A stretch of DNA of 56,038 nt, taken from Ignavibacteria bacterium (GTDB lineage Bacteria > Bacteroidota > Ignavibacteria > Ch128b). Position numbers and translations under genes: made by a program. The notes under the pieces are model-generated. The model did not search any database. It saw only the letters and a list, made by a program, of their open reading frames with translations, and was not told where the DNA came from. Each line of letters starts with the position of its first letter. Position 1 is the stretch's first letter. The stretch covers positions 1 through 56,038 of the forward strand of contig JBNAWO010000002.1 in assembly GCA_049699815.1 (NCBI GenBank), given 5' to 3'. This document shows, in pieces, positions 19,831 through 28,970 of the stretch.

Positions 19831-20922
19831 TCAGAATCTTACTATCTGATAAGATTTATACCCTCTGTAAATTTCTGTTGCTAAAACTCTTAAAATATTA
19901 GCGACAGGTACAGCAAGCAATAATCCTAGAATACCAAATAATTCACTTCCGATTAAAATTAAAAGAATAATTACAACAGGATGGATTCGCAAAGATTTTG
20001 AGTAAATCATTGGTTGAACAAAACCATTATCAATGGTGTAAATAAGGGCAAACAAAATTATAATTGTCAGCGCAAGTGAAAAATTTCCCATTTGATAATA
20101 TGAAACAAGAATTGCTGGAACTACTCCAATAATTGGACCGAGATATGGAATTAAATGCCCAACACCAGCAAGTAATCCAAGCATTACAAAATTATTTATT
20201 CCAATAATATAAAGTCCAACCATTACACAAAAACCAACAAACATTGCGTCAAAAATCCAGCCTCGAACAAATTTCCCCAGCTCATCGGAAACTTTTTGAA
20301 AAACTTCATAAGCCATTTCAAAGTATCGATTTGGGAGTAAGTTAATTATTCCAATCTTAAGATTTCTTGAGTCTTTCAAAATAAAGAAAGTTATAAATGG
20401 GACAATTATAATAAAAGCAGTAATTGTGAAAATTTTCGGAATAAAATTGGATATATCAGTTACAAGATTTTCTACTCCAGTCTGTACAAGCCGTGTGATA
20501 TGTTTTGTAATTTCACCTCTGCGAATAAATGGAAATGTGTTTGAAATTTTTTTCTCCAGTTGCGTGATTAAATCTTGAATTCTTAAATCTTTGAATAAAA
20601 TTAAAAGGTTATCGAATTGGGTTGCAATAATTGGAATAAAATAATAAAGTAAAAAACCAATAAACCCAACAGCAAAAATAACAGAGATTAAAGCTGCGTA
20701 TACGCGAGGAACTTTAAGAAATTCAAGATAACCAACAAGAGGTTTTAAAATAAATGCAAGCAGAATTGAAATTGCAATAAGAACAATTATGTTTATTAAT
20801 TCAAGAAAAAAATAAAATATAAACCCAAATGTTAAAAACGGAAGAACAATACGAAAGATTTTTTTTGTAGTTCCTTCTTTTAACACTTTTCTCTCAATGA
20901 AATTAATCAAATACTGCTTCAA
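19831..20922 (-). CDS. AI-2E family (PerM/UPF0118) transporter
   Basis: It has about 8 TM helices. The C-terminal part resembles the AI-2E family (GHLIPYLGPIIG, HPVVIILL...GILGLLLAVP). Confidence 0.75.
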   Translation of the reverse strand: MKQYLINFIERKVLKEGTTKKIFRIVLPFLTFGFIFYFFLELINIIVLIAISILLAFILKPLVGYLEFLKVPRVYAALISVIFAVGFIGFLLYYFIPIIATQFDNLLILFKDLRIQDLITQLEKKISNTFPFIRRGEITKHITRLVQTGVENLVTDISNFIPKIFTITAFIIIVPFITFFILKDSRNLKIGIINLLPNRYFEMAYEVFQKVSDELGKFVRGWIFDAMFVGFCVMVGLYIIGINNFVMLGLLAGVGHLIPYLGPIIGVVPAILVSYYQMGNFSLALTIIILFALIYTIDNGFVQPMIYSKSLRIHPVVIILLILIGSELFGILGLLLAVPVANILRVLATEIYRGYKSYQIVRF

Positions 20923-21139
20923 CTCTTCTAATTTCAGGAATATTTCTCATTAATGCTCGTTCTATCCCAGCTCGTAAAGTCATTTGAGACATTGGGCAAT
21001 TACCACAGGCTCCTATTAATCTTACCTCCACAATTCCATCCTTTGTGACCTGAACAAGTTCAACATCACCGCCATCAGCCTGCAAGTAGGGGCGAATGGA
21101 TTGTAGTGCATTTTGAACTCTTATCTGAATGTCTTCCAT
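20903..21139 (-). CDS. NifU C-terminal-domain (Nfu-like) Fe-S assembly protein
   Basis: The motifs IRPYLQADGGDVELV and GACGNCPMS (CxxC) are present. Length is 78 aa. Confidence 0.85.
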   Translation of the reverse strand: MEDIQIRVQNALQSIRPYLQADGGDVELVQVTKDGIVEVRLIGACGNCPMSQMTLRAGIERALMRNIPEIRRVEAVFD

Positions 21140-21146
21140 TTATCAC

Positions 21147-22247
21147 CTATGAATTTAAAATTTCAATCTTTGGTATTACTGGAGTAGTCATATTTCGAAT
21201 ACTAATTTGGGCAGCCATATTTCTGGCAATTTCAAAAATTTTTTTAGTTTCTTCACAATCAGGGTCTACGATCACAATTGGTTTACCTGTATCTCCGCCT
21301 TCTCTAATTAATGGATTTATTGGAATTTCACCTAAGAATGGAATGCCCATTTCTTGAGCAGCTTTTCTTCCTCCACCGTTTCCAAAAATATCATATCGTT
21401 TATTTGTGTCTGGAGCAATGAAATAACTCATATTTTCAACCAGACCTAAAATTGTTACATTAACTTTCTCAAACATTTTAATTGCTTTTTTTGCATCAAT
21501 TAAAGCAACATCTTGTGGGGTTGTAACAACAACTGCCCCTGTTAATGGAATAGTTTGAACCAATGTTAATTGGATATCGCCTGTTCCCGGAGGTAGATCA
21601 AAAATTAAATAATCTAATTCACCCCAAAGAACATCACTCATAAATTGTTTTATTGCTCCGCTTGCCATTGGACCACGCCAGATGACAGGGGTATTGTCAT
21701 CAATTAAAAATCCGATGGACATTAACTTAACACCATATCTTTCAAGTGGAAGAAGTTTAACGTTGTTAGGATCTTCACCAATCATTTTAGGTTGTTCTTT
21801 TACTCCAAGCATCAATGGAATACTGGGTCCGTAAATATCGGCATCAATCAATCCGACATTTGCACCATCTTGTGCAAGAGCTACTGCCAGATTAACAGCA
21901 ACAGTTGACTTTCCAACTCCGCCTTTGCCACTGGCAACTGCAATTGTATTTTTTACTCCCGGTAAAAGTTTTTCTTTTATTTCATTGATATGTGAAGTTA
22001 CAGAGGAGCCCATTTCAATCTGAATTGAATAATCACTGCCAACAACTTTTCTGATCTCTTTAATACAATCGTTTTTAATGTTGTCTTTCAAAGGGCAAGC
22101 AGGGGTTGTTAAATTGATTTTGACAAATATTTGATTTTCGTCAATCCTGATTTCTTTTACCATATTAAGTGTAACAATATCTCTTCTTAAATCAGGATCT
22201 TGCACATTAGCTAAAGCTTTCAAGATTAAATCTTTTTCGACTTTCAT
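21147..22247 (-). CDS. apbC: Mrp/ApbC/NBP35-family Fe-S cluster carrier ATPase with an N-terminal DUF59 domain
   Basis: The deviant Walker A is ASGKGGVGKST. The N-terminal DUF59 region is VQDPDLRRDIVTLNMV. The motif CPLK is also present. Confidence 0.85.
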   Translation of the reverse strand: MKVEKDLILKALANVQDPDLRRDIVTLNMVKEIRIDENQIFVKINLTTPACPLKDNIKNDCIKEIRKVVGSDYSIQIEMGSSVTSHINEIKEKLLPGVKNTIAVASGKGGVGKSTVAVNLAVALAQDGANVGLIDADIYGPSIPLMLGVKEQPKMIGEDPNNVKLLPLERYGVKLMSIGFLIDDNTPVIWRGPMASGAIKQFMSDVLWGELDYLIFDLPPGTGDIQLTLVQTIPLTGAVVVTTPQDVALIDAKKAIKMFEKVNVTILGLVENMSYFIAPDTNKRYDIFGNGGGRKAAQEMGIPFLGEIPINPLIREGGDTGKPIVIVDPDCEETKKIFEIARNMAAQISIRNMTTPVIPKIEILNS

Positions 22248-22339
22248 TTATAACCCGTTATTATTTTGAAAATTTAAAATTTCTTATTGCAAATTATGAA
22301 AAAAAGATGTGAAAAGAATCAACTCTAAATTTCACCATA

Positions 22340-24337
22340 TTAAATTAGAATGTGACTTAAAATTCCACCAATAGTAAAAGCAAAAATCCAGGTTCCAGCC
22401 CAAATGATTAAACCTTGTTTCAATCCTCTTTCTTTAATCATTACAAGAAACGAAGCAATGCAAGGTACAAATAAAGTAATTGTGACAAGTGCAACTACAG
22501 TCTGATAAGTCGATAAATCCATATGAAATAAACCAGCTGCTCCAAAGTCCCGTCGAACCATTCCCATAATAAATGCAACGGCCGACTCTTTTGGTAATTG
22601 TAATACTTTAGTCGTTAATGGTTCGAGCAAATTAATCCAGATATTGATTAATCCTGTTGTATGAAGTAATCCAATAATTGCAGTTCCTAAGAAAAACAAT
22701 GGCGTTGCTTCTTTCATAAATCCAAGAGTTCTATAGTAAGTTTTTCTGGCTGTGTTTTTCAGGTCAGGGAAGCTCATCAAAGGTAAATCTAAAATTAATG
22801 GAGAACTTTGGCCTGGAACAATCTTATCTAAAATTGTACTTGTTAAAATTAAAATTGTAAGTATGGTTAAAACATAAATGATGATAGCTTGTGGTCCTGC
22901 TGCACTTAACAAAACAGTAATTACAGCAAGTTGAGCTGAACATGGAATTACAAATTGAAGTAAGGCTGTTGCAATTGTTTTTTCTCTTTCTGTGCCGAGC
23001 ATTCGAGTTGCTATTGTTGCCATTGTAACACAGCCAAAACCAAGAATAATTGGAATAATAGCTTTTCCGTTTAATCCAAGTTTTGTGAATGTTCGATCTG
23101 CAAGAGCCGCAAGTCTTGGTAAATATCCACTATCTTCAAGTAATGCCAGAGTAAAATAAAATGAAGTTACAAGAGGAAGAAGAAGAAAGAAAAGATAAGT
23201 CATCGTCATTGTGATTACGCCAAACTCACCGAAGAAAAATTCAATAATTGGATTCTTAAATACAAAATTTATTTCAGAATTATTGTTGTTAACAAAATTT
23301 TCAAATGCTTTGAATTTCTCTTCATCGCTATTTATTCCTTTTTCAAAAAGGAAATTTTTTTTCTCAATTATATTATCGTTTTCATCCAGAATAGTCACCT
23401 CAATTTCTGTTGGAATTTCAAGAGCAACAAGTTTTTTCAAATTATATTCGATTAGTCCTTTACCAATTGTGTTTTCAGTAAAATCAACCAATCTTTGCGC
23501 AACAAGGTCACCAATGAGAAAATAAGTTAAAGTCAGAATTAAAATTAAAATTGGAATTCCAGTTACTGGATTTAAAGCCATTCTACCAAGTTTTGAAAAG
23601 AACATTCCGCCAGGTGTATCTAAGCTTTCAACTTGATCAATTATCTCTTTAACTCTGTTTCTCCGATGAATGTAAATTTCTTCTCTTATGTCTTCAACTG
23701 GAATTTTAATATTTGGATATTTCTTATGTACTTCACGATCTCCTTCAAGAAATAGAAGTGCTTCTGGTTGATGCGTTATTTCATTCTTAACAAGTTCTAA
23801 TTTCTCTTTGATGAATTTATCTTCTTTACCCGGTCGAGCTTTTTTAATTGCATCTTCCAGATTTTCTAAACCTTCACCTTTTAATGCAGAAGTTTCATAA
23901 ACTTCAACTCCAAGTAATTCAGAAAGTCTCTTAGTATTGATTTTAATTTTGTGTTTTCTAACCTCATCCATCATATTAAGTATGACCGAAACTCGCTTGC
24001 CCATATCAATTAGTTGAAGAGTAAGGAATAAATCTCTTTCAAGGTTTAAGGCATTTACCACACTTAAAATTATATCGCCCTGAAGAATAATTTCTTTAGC
24101 AACTTTCTCTTCATCATTAAAAGATGATACTCCATAAATACCTGGTGTATCAAAAATATTGTAATTTTTATACCAGGCAGAAGTTATTGAAACAGTTGTT
24201 CCGGGGAAATTTGAAACCTCTACATACATTCCACTGAGATAATTGAAAATTAGAGATTTGCCAACATTGGGATTCCCAGCTAAGACAACTTTTTTAAAAT
24301 CGATTTTAGAATTAATTGACTGAGAAGATGTGTGCAT
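22340..24337 (-). CDS. feoB: Ferrous iron transporter FeoB
   Basis: The N-terminal G-domain has GNPNVGKS and DTPG. It is followed by a polytopic membrane domain. feoA lies immediately upstream. Confidence 0.9.
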   Translation of the reverse strand: MHTSSQSINSKIDFKKVVLAGNPNVGKSLIFNYLSGMYVEVSNFPGTTVSITSAWYKNYNIFDTPGIYGVSSFNDEEKVAKEIILQGDIILSVVNALNLERDLFLTLQLIDMGKRVSVILNMMDEVRKHKIKINTKRLSELLGVEVYETSALKGEGLENLEDAIKKARPGKEDKFIKEKLELVKNEITHQPEALLFLEGDREVHKKYPNIKIPVEDIREEIYIHRRNRVKEIIDQVESLDTPGGMFFSKLGRMALNPVTGIPILILILTLTYFLIGDLVAQRLVDFTENTIGKGLIEYNLKKLVALEIPTEIEVTILDENDNIIEKKNFLFEKGINSDEEKFKAFENFVNNNNSEINFVFKNPIIEFFFGEFGVITMTMTYLFFLLLPLVTSFYFTLALLEDSGYLPRLAALADRTFTKLGLNGKAIIPIILGFGCVTMATIATRMLGTEREKTIATALLQFVIPCSAQLAVITVLLSAAGPQAIIIYVLTILTILILTSTILDKIVPGQSSPLILDLPLMSFPDLKNTARKTYYRTLGFMKEATPLFFLGTAIIGLLHTTGLINIWINLLEPLTTKVLQLPKESAVAFIMGMVRRDFGAAGLFHMDLSTYQTVVALVTITLFVPCIASFLVMIKERGLKQGLIIWAGTWIFAFTIGGILSHILI

Positions 24338-24347
24338 ATATTCTTTC

Positions 24348-24581
24348 TTAGTTTAACATTGTAACTTTTATTTTTTTGGCAAGTTCACTTCCAAGAGCGA
24401 TTTCTAAGCGATTCTTTTTTAAGATGATTGTTCCTCCTAAAATTTTATCAAGGCAGGTGACTTTTTCTCCTTCAGCAATTCCAAATCGTATTAACTGAAG
24501 TTTGTAGTCATCATCGGGTAATTTGTCGATGATAAATTTTTGCCCTTTTTCAACTTTATCAAGTGTTTTTTTCATTTCCAT
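24348..24581 (-). CDS. feoA: FeoA family protein
   Basis: It is a 77-aa SH3-like FeoA (ending in the RLEIALGSELAKKIKV pattern) directly upstream of feoB. Its start overlaps the end of the fur-like gene. Confidence 0.8.
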   Translation of the reverse strand: MEMKKTLDKVEKGQKFIIDKLPDDDYKLQLIRFGIAEGEKVTCLDKILGGTIILKKNRLEIALGSELAKKIKVTMLN

Positions 24582-25038
24582 TTTCTCTGTTTGATTTACA
24601 TTTATCTGGATTTTTACAATATCCGTAGATATTGAAACTATGATTTACAGGAATAAACCCATATTCTTCACAAATTTTTTCTTGTATTTTAAGAATTTCG
24701 TTATTATCGAACTCAACTATTTTTCCACAATTGAGACAAATTAAGTGATCATGTTCGTGAACGCCAAGTATCTTTTCATATCGAGCTTCTTTACCCATAA
24801 AGTTATGTTTAGCAAGTAATCCACAAGATACAAGTAGTTCGAGTGTATTATAAACAGTAGCTCGTGAGATGTTTGAGCCTTCATTCTTCATTGCAAGAAA
24901 AAGTTCATCGGCGCTGAAGTGTCTCGTTTGCTTAAAAGCAAATTCAAGTACTTCGAATCGCTCTGGTGTAATTCTGTAAGAGCCTTTCTTCAAGAAGTCA
25001 GTAAAGATTTCTGTTGCATGTGTTATATTAACTATCAT
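24559..25038 (-). CDS. fur: Fur-family metalloregulator (Fur or PerR type)
   Basis: The winged helix is ATVYNTLELLVSCGL. The metal motifs are HEHDHLICLNCGKIVEF and IYGYCKNPDKC. I chose the ATG at 25038; the ORF track uses the TTG at 25044. Confidence 0.8.
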   Translation of the reverse strand: MIVNITHATEIFTDFLKKGSYRITPERFEVLEFAFKQTRHFSADELFLAMKNEGSNISRATVYNTLELLVSCGLLAKHNFMGKEARYEKILGVHEHDHLICLNCGKIVEFDNNEILKIQEKICEEYGFIPVNHSFNIYGYCKNPDKCKSNRENGNEKNT

Positions 25039-25156
25039 TTTCAATCATTATTTAGACTAAATCTAATTTATGAATCTTATAAAAATTAATCAAGATAAAC
25101 TTTAATCTTTACTTTTTTGTTAAGAATTTCGGAAATTTGAAAAAAGAGGAAAAAAT

Positions 25157-25363
25157 ATGAGTTCAACATCACAATTCGAAAAGAAAACAGTTGTTGGAAC
25201 ATCAACAAAAAGTGTCTCCGATGCAATTGAAAGTGTTGTAAAAGACTACAACCAAAAAAATCCTGTTCTCTGGTTTGAGGTTATTGAAATTCGAGGAAGA
25301 GTAACTCAAAGCGGAGAATTAGAATATCAAGTAACAGTTAATTTAGGTCAAAAAACAAAATAA
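25157..25363 (+). CDS. Dodecin-family flavin-binding protein
   Basis: It is 68 aa. The pattern VVGTSTKSVSDAIESVVKD...WFEVIEIRG...YQVTVNLG matches dodecin (DUF1458). Confidence 0.65.
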   Translation: MSSTSQFEKKTVVGTSTKSVSDAIESVVKDYNQKNPVLWFEVIEIRGRVTQSGELEYQVTVNLGQKTK

Positions 25364-25381
25364 AAAACAAATGGAGGAAAA

Positions 25382-25864
25382 ATGTCCGTTAAATTTGGTG
25401 ACCAGTATAAAAACTTTACATTAAAAAATCATCGTTTAGAAGATGTAACATTAAGCGATTTTGTAGGAAAGAAAAATGTCCTTTTACTATTCTTTCCTTT
25501 TGTAAATACTGGTGTGTGTGAAAAAGAGATGTGTCAAACACGTGATAGTCTTCAGGATTATCAGCAATTCGATGCAACAGTGTTTGGAATAAGTGTTGAT
25601 AGTCCTTTCGCTCAAAAACTCTGGAATGATAAATTGAATTTTGGTTTTGATTTGTTAAGTGATTTTAACAAAGAAGTTTGTCAGGCATATGGTGTACTTG
25701 ATGAGAATTGGGTTCCAGCAAAATTTGGATATAAAGGTGTGGCTAAGCGTTCAGCATTTATAATTGATAAAAACGGAGTTGTACATTATGTTGAAGTTCT
25801 TGATGATCCAGGAAAAGAACCAGATTATCAAAAGATAAAAGAAACTCTGGCTCGACTTAAGTAA
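25382..25864 (+). CDS. Peroxiredoxin, AhpE-like (AhpC/TSA family)
   Basis: The block LLFFPFVNTGVCEKEMC contains the peroxidatic Cys context. LLSDFNKEVCQAYGV also resembles AhpE-type 1-Cys/2-Cys peroxiredoxins. The RBS GGAGG lies upstream. Confidence 0.8.
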   Translation: MSVKFGDQYKNFTLKNHRLEDVTLSDFVGKKNVLLLFFPFVNTGVCEKEMCQTRDSLQDYQQFDATVFGISVDSPFAQKLWNDKLNFGFDLLSDFNKEVCQAYGVLDENWVPAKFGYKGVAKRSAFIIDKNGVVHYVEVLDDPGKEPDYQKIKETLARLK

Positions 25865-25938
25865 GGTTTCAAAGAGTGCCCATCTTTAAATTATCTCGAA
25901 ACTTTAATTTGCAATCGTTATTTTTGAAATAAAAAAAG

Positions 25939-26433
25939 ATGGGCATTCAATTCTTAAAATACCTATCAAGTGTTTTGCAAATCATTGCAATTGTATTTTG
26001 GACTGGGAGTTTGATGATGATATTTTTCGTTTATGGTTTCAGAAAGAAAATTGAAGCTCTTAATCCAAAATTATTCAGAAATTTATTAATCGATTTTTTT
26101 CACAAACTTGAATATGTTTTTATTTTTTCCATTGTTTTTATCTGGAGTGGAATACTCATTAATCTTACTGTTGCATTGAACAATCCATTGAAATCTAAAT
26201 TTTATATTCTTTACATTTTTCTTGTTGGATTATCAACGGTGATTTCGTTTATAAAAATTTATCTTCTCGAAAAATCAATAGTCAGAAACGAGAAAAATTT
26301 GAAGTTATACCCAAAGCCGGAAATGGTAGAATTTCTGGAAAAAAAATTGGAAGTTTATTTTACTGCTTATTATTATCTGACAATTATAAGTTTTCTAATT
26401 AGTTTGACAATCATTCTATTAAACCAATTTTGA
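25939..26433 (+). CDS. Hypothetical integral membrane protein (4-5 TM)
   Basis: Hydrophobic segments run throughout and I recognised no motif. Its stop overlaps the bcp RBS region. Confidence 0.5.
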   Translation: MGIQFLKYLSSVLQIIAIVFWTGSLMMIFFVYGFRKKIEALNPKLFRNLLIDFFHKLEYVFIFSIVFIWSGILINLTVALNNPLKSKFYILYIFLVGLSTVISFIKIYLLEKSIVRNEKNLKLYPKPEMVEFLEKKLEVYFTAYYYLTIISFLISLTIILLNQF

Positions 26434-26441
26434 GGTTAAAA

Positions 26442-26900
26442 ATGCTAAAAGAAGGTTCAAAAGCCCCAGCTTTTACTTTGCCAAATCAGGATGGTAAAAA
26501 AATTTCATTAAAAAATTTTCTTGGTAAAAAAGTCGTGTTGTATTTTTATCCAAAAGATATGACTTCGGGATGTACAAAAGAAGCTTGTGATTTTAGAGAT
26601 CATATTAAACTTTTTCATAATAAAGATGTAGTTGTGCTCGGTGTGAGTCCAGATTCAGTTCAATCGCATAAAAAATTTCAAGAAAAATATAACCTGCCTT
26701 TTGACTTATTAAGTGATGAGTCAAAAAAAGTTCTTGAGAAGTATGGTGTATGGAAAGAAAAAAGTATGTATGGAAAAAAATATTTTGGTGTTGAACGAAC
26801 AACATTTATAATTGATGAAAAAGGAAAAATCAAAAAGATCTTTCCAAAAGTAAAAGTCGATGGGCATATCAAAGAAGTCTTAGAAGCACTGGAAAATTAG
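26442..26900 (+). CDS. bcp: Thiol peroxidase Bcp (peroxiredoxin Q)
   Basis: It has the FYPKDMTSGCTKEAC motif. I preferred the ATG at 26442, which has GAGGT 5 nt upstream, over the ORF-track TTG at 26430. Confidence 0.85.
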   Translation: MLKEGSKAPAFTLPNQDGKKISLKNFLGKKVVLYFYPKDMTSGCTKEACDFRDHIKLFHNKDVVVLGVSPDSVQSHKKFQEKYNLPFDLLSDESKKVLEKYGVWKEKSMYGKKYFGVERTTFIIDEKGKIKKIFPKVKVDGHIKEVLEALEN

Positions 26901-27371
26901 ATGGTTGAAAAAACTCAATTAGATAAAGAAAAGATCAAAAAACTTGCAAATTCAAAAACATTAAAAAATTTACTTGAAGGATTTGCACTCGAAAGTCAGG
27001 CAAATCGTCGTTATCTCTATTTTGCTCAAAAAGCAAAAGAAGAAGGTTTCGATGAAATCGCTAATGTTTTTTTGGAGACTGCAGAAGGTGAAGGTGGACA
27101 TTCTTTTGGGCACATTGAATTTCTTGAACCAATTGCAGATCCTTTAACCGGGAAAGAACTTGGCGATACTGAACAAAACCTTAAAGTGGCAATTGAAGGT
27201 AAAACTTACGAGTTCAGTGAACTTTATCCTGGCTTTGCCAGAGTAGCCCGAGAGGAAGGATTTGATGAAATTGCTGAATGGTTTGAGTTTCTTGCTAGAG
27301 CCGAAAAATCGCACGCTGGAAGATTGCAAAAGGCTTTGAATCTGCTTTTGGATTTAAAAAAGAAAAAATAA
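26901..27371 (+). CDS. Rubrerythrin-family diiron protein lacking the rubredoxin domain (erythrin-like)
   Basis: Four-helix-bundle diiron ligand motifs are present (ESQANRRY, AEGEGGH, EFSELY, AEKSH). No C-terminal CxxC pairs are present. The gene starts directly after the bcp stop. Confidence 0.8.
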   Translation: MVEKTQLDKEKIKKLANSKTLKNLLEGFALESQANRRYLYFAQKAKEEGFDEIANVFLETAEGEGGHSFGHIEFLEPIADPLTGKELGDTEQNLKVAIEGKTYEFSELYPGFARVAREEGFDEIAEWFEFLARAEKSHAGRLQKALNLLLDLKKKK

Positions 27372-27412
27372 AATCTTCCTCTCTGCTCATTCCATAATTA
27401 AAGAGGTTTTAA

Positions 27413-27997
27413 TTGAAGAAAATTGAATTGAAGGATATTATACCTTATCACGAATATTTGAAAGTTAGAAAAGAATTTCAGCAAAAGATTATCAAACTAA
27501 AAAAGAATCGACGAGTACAGGTCGGTGAGAATATTACATTTGTTTTTGAAAATCGTGAAACTGTTTTATATCAAATCCAGGAGATGATAAGACTTGAAAA
27601 GATGATTGATGAAAAAGTTATTGTACAGGAAATCGAAGTTTTTAATAATCTTATCCCTGATGAAAATGAACTTTGTGCAACAATGTTAATTGAAATTTTT
27701 GAGAGACAATTTATTAAACCAATTTTAAATTCACTTACTGGAATTCAGGATAATAAAGTTTTTTTGAAATTTGAGAATGAATCAATAACTCCGATCTTTT
27801 TTGAAGAAAATTTACCCGATGGTAAAATAAGCGCTGTTCAATATGTGAAGTTCAAGTTTAGTGAAACTCAAGTCAAAAAATTCCTCAATACAGAAACATT
27901 CGCAAAGATTTCAATTATTCATCCTAATTATAAAGCTGAAGAAATAATACCGGAAAATGTTAAGTTAAGTCTTATGGAGGACTTAAGGCAGAAATGA
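27413..27997 (+). CDS. Hypothetical protein, possibly DUF3501 family
   Basis: It is 194 aa with a TTG start and the RBS AAGAGG 6 nt upstream. The block FVFENRETVLYQIQEMIRLEK and the position next to a rubrerythrin recall DUF3501. The assignment is from memory, not from a search. Confidence 0.35.
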   Translation: MKKIELKDIIPYHEYLKVRKEFQQKIIKLKKNRRVQVGENITFVFENRETVLYQIQEMIRLEKMIDEKVIVQEIEVFNNLIPDENELCATMLIEIFERQFIKPILNSLTGIQDNKVFLKFENESITPIFFEENLPDGKISAVQYVKFKFSETQVKKFLNTETFAKISIIHPNYKAEEIIPENVKLSLMEDLRQK

Positions 27998-28407
27998 AAG
28001 TTTACATTACAAGAAAAGCACATTTTTCAGCGGCTCATCGATTATATAATCCTGATTTTAGTGATGAAGAGAATCAAAAGTTGTATGGACTTTGCAACAA
28101 TCCTCTTTATCACGGACATAATTACATTTTAGAAGTAACAGTATACGGAGATATTGACCCAAAGACTGGTTATTTAATTGATCAGAAAAAATTAAAAGAT
28201 ATAATTGAAGATAAAATCATAAAATATGTCGATCACAAAAATTTGAATTTAGAAGTTGATTTCTTAAAAGGTGTAATTCCAACTTCAGAAAATCTTGCGG
28301 TCGCTTTCTGGAAACAAATCGAAAATGAGATCCCAATTGGTAAATTATATTCAATAAAAATTTATGAAAGTGAAAGGAACATCGTAGAATATAGAGGTGA
28401 AGAATGA
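27994..28407 (+). CDS. 6-pyruvoyl-tetrahydropterin synthase (PTPS; QueD/PTPS superfamily, Cx5HGH type)
   Basis: The sequence [10 protein letters not shown]...[32 protein letters not shown]...[10 protein letters not shown]...[14 protein letters not shown] is near-collinear with animal PTPS (GKCNNPNGHGHNY...). It overlaps the upstream gene by ATGA. Confidence 0.8.
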   Translation: MKVYITRKAHFSAAHRLYNPDFSDEENQKLYGLCNNPLYHGHNYILEVTVYGDIDPKTGYLIDQKKLKDIIEDKIIKYVDHKNLNLEVDFLKGVIPTSENLAVAFWKQIENEIPIGKLYSIKIYESERNIVEYRGEE

Positions 28408-28970
28408 ATATTGAAAAAACAAAAAGTCTAATTAGAGAGCTTTTAATTGAGATCGGAGAAGACCCCGATAGAGAAGGATTATTAAAAACTCCTGAAAGAG
28501 TTGCAAAAGCTTACGAATTTTTAACGAAAGGTTATCAGCAGGATGTTGATGAAATAATGAACAAAGCTATTTTTACTGAAAAATATGATGAAATGGTTAT
28601 TGTAAAAGACATTGATTTTTATTCAATGTGCGAACACCATATGCTGCCATTTTTTGGTAAGGCACATATTGCTTACATTCCGAATGGAAAAATAATTGGT
28701 TTAAGCAAAATTCCAAGACTTGTAGATATTTTCGCAAGGAGATTGCAAGTTCAGGAAAGATTAACTCAGCAAATTGCCGATACTTTGAATGAATATCTAA
28801 AACCCGATGGAGTTGGAGTTATTATCGAAGCAATGCATATGTGTATGATGATGCGTGGCGTTGAAAAGCAAAACAGTATTGCAACAACAAGCGCAATGCA
28901 TGGTTCGTTCAAAGAAGATGAAAGAACTAGAAATGAATTTTTGAGACTAATCAATTCAAGTATCAAATAG
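28404..28970 (+). CDS. folE: GTP cyclohydrolase I
   Basis: It has the motifs [41 protein letters not shown] and [12 protein letters not shown]. Confidence 0.95.
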   Translation: MNIEKTKSLIRELLIEIGEDPDREGLLKTPERVAKAYEFLTKGYQQDVDEIMNKAIFTEKYDEMVIVKDIDFYSMCEHHMLPFFGKAHIAYIPNGKIIGLSKIPRLVDIFARRLQVQERLTQQIADTLNEYLKPDGVGVIIEAMHMCMMMRGVEKQNSIATTSAMHGSFKEDERTRNEFLRLINSSIK

